From assembly GCA_032718475.1 (NCBI GenBank), contig JAUCBJ010001473.1, positions 1-35,329 of the forward strand: a stretch of 35,329 nt of DNA, in the 5' to 3' direction. The notes beneath the pieces were generated by a model. It saw only the letters and a program-made list of their open reading frames with translations. It was not told where the DNA came from and made no database searches. Each line of letters starts with the position of its first letter. Position 1 is the first letter of the stretch. This DNA is from Nemertoderma westbladi. Its lineage: Eukaryota > Animalia > Xenacoelomorpha. Positions 34,497 through 35,329 of the stretch are shown piece after piece. The position numbers and the translations under genes are program-made.

Positions 34497-35329
34497 GTGA
34501 GTAAAAATAATTAAACACCGGTGCTGCAGTCAGTGCAATTATAAATTTCTGATAAACTTTTAAACTGATCAAATTTGTTTGAACTTTATTCCGAACTATA
34601 ATGAAGTAAGAATTAATTATTTACATTACTTTCTGCTTTGTGTGACGCTATAGGGAACCTACCTGGAGAAACAATATACAACCCAGTCAACCAATCAGGA
34701 GCTAGCATTCTCAGAACTTTGTGAATGTTTGTGTTGAATTGAAGTATTTGTAACCCACTTAGTGTTTCTATAACACATATGGTCATAAAATCAATTTTAT
34801 TTCGTGTGATTTTTCATTATCACATTTCCACTACTTGTTTTTCGTGCCTCATTCAAAATTGCGAATAACTTTCTCGAATGTTATATTTGAGTTCTATTAT
34901 CGTGATCAGTGTCCAAAAAACCGCAATATACCATAAATAAATTAATTTTAGTGAACTACAGGTGTATAAAAACCTTTGAAAATTTTAGCACGACAAATAC
35001 TGGAGATGCCTGCCAGAAAAAGACCACAGCAAGGCGATAAAACTAACATGGCGATATAAATGACGTTCGTTTGCGTTGTTGGATAGCCAATTAAATTTTA
35101 GGAAAAGTCACGAAATCTCGGTTTTACAAACAAATCGGACTCAATAATAGGCCTACAGATGAACTACAAAAAATGTATAAGGTAATAGCCCCCCCCCCCC
35201 TCCCCGGGCCATATAGGGTTAAGCAATTTCAGAATATAATTTCGAATTTATTACATGGGGAAAAGAATTATAATTTTTTTTCCATTTATCTTATTTCGTT
35301 CATTTTATTAAGTTGAAAAATACATAATA

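Noticed and set aside
35188-35222. Possible piggyBac-type right end (...ATATAGGG|TTAA)
   Set aside because: No matching left TIR found in the window.

Overview
Eukaryotic (probably invertebrate animal) genomic DNA dominated by nested transposable elements. Left third (1-12.9 kb): AT-rich DNA with a phase-consistent 3-exon gene model for an uncharacterised 466-aa protein (2997-3133, 4515-5483, 9711-10005), plus several RTE-clade LINE fragments. Centre: a 20.7-kb BEL/Pao LTR retrotransposon locus (12917-33644; ~646-bp LTRs; TTCTG 5-bp TSD; PPT). It holds two diverged copies of a Gag-like 5' region, a BEL Gag capsid, zinc knuckle, DSG protease and an integrase C-terminal stub, but no recognisable RT/RNase H/integrase core. 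Downstream come a hairpin-rich tandem array and an extra, disrupted ORF resembling a DEDDy (WRN/RNase D-like) 3'-5' exonuclease followed by two CCHC knuckles. No canonical TGG primer-binding site follows the LTR; conserved stem-loops are there instead. The 3' LTR is split at essentially one spot by two insertions: a near-intact CRE-clade (RT + restriction-like endonuclease) retrotransposon with a ~1.4-kb GPP hexapeptide repeat, and a non-autonomous TTAA-targeting, Kolobok-like DNA transposon. A second, 5'-truncated CRE copy sits in the first gag region. All protein family calls come from motif recognition by eye, not from database searches.
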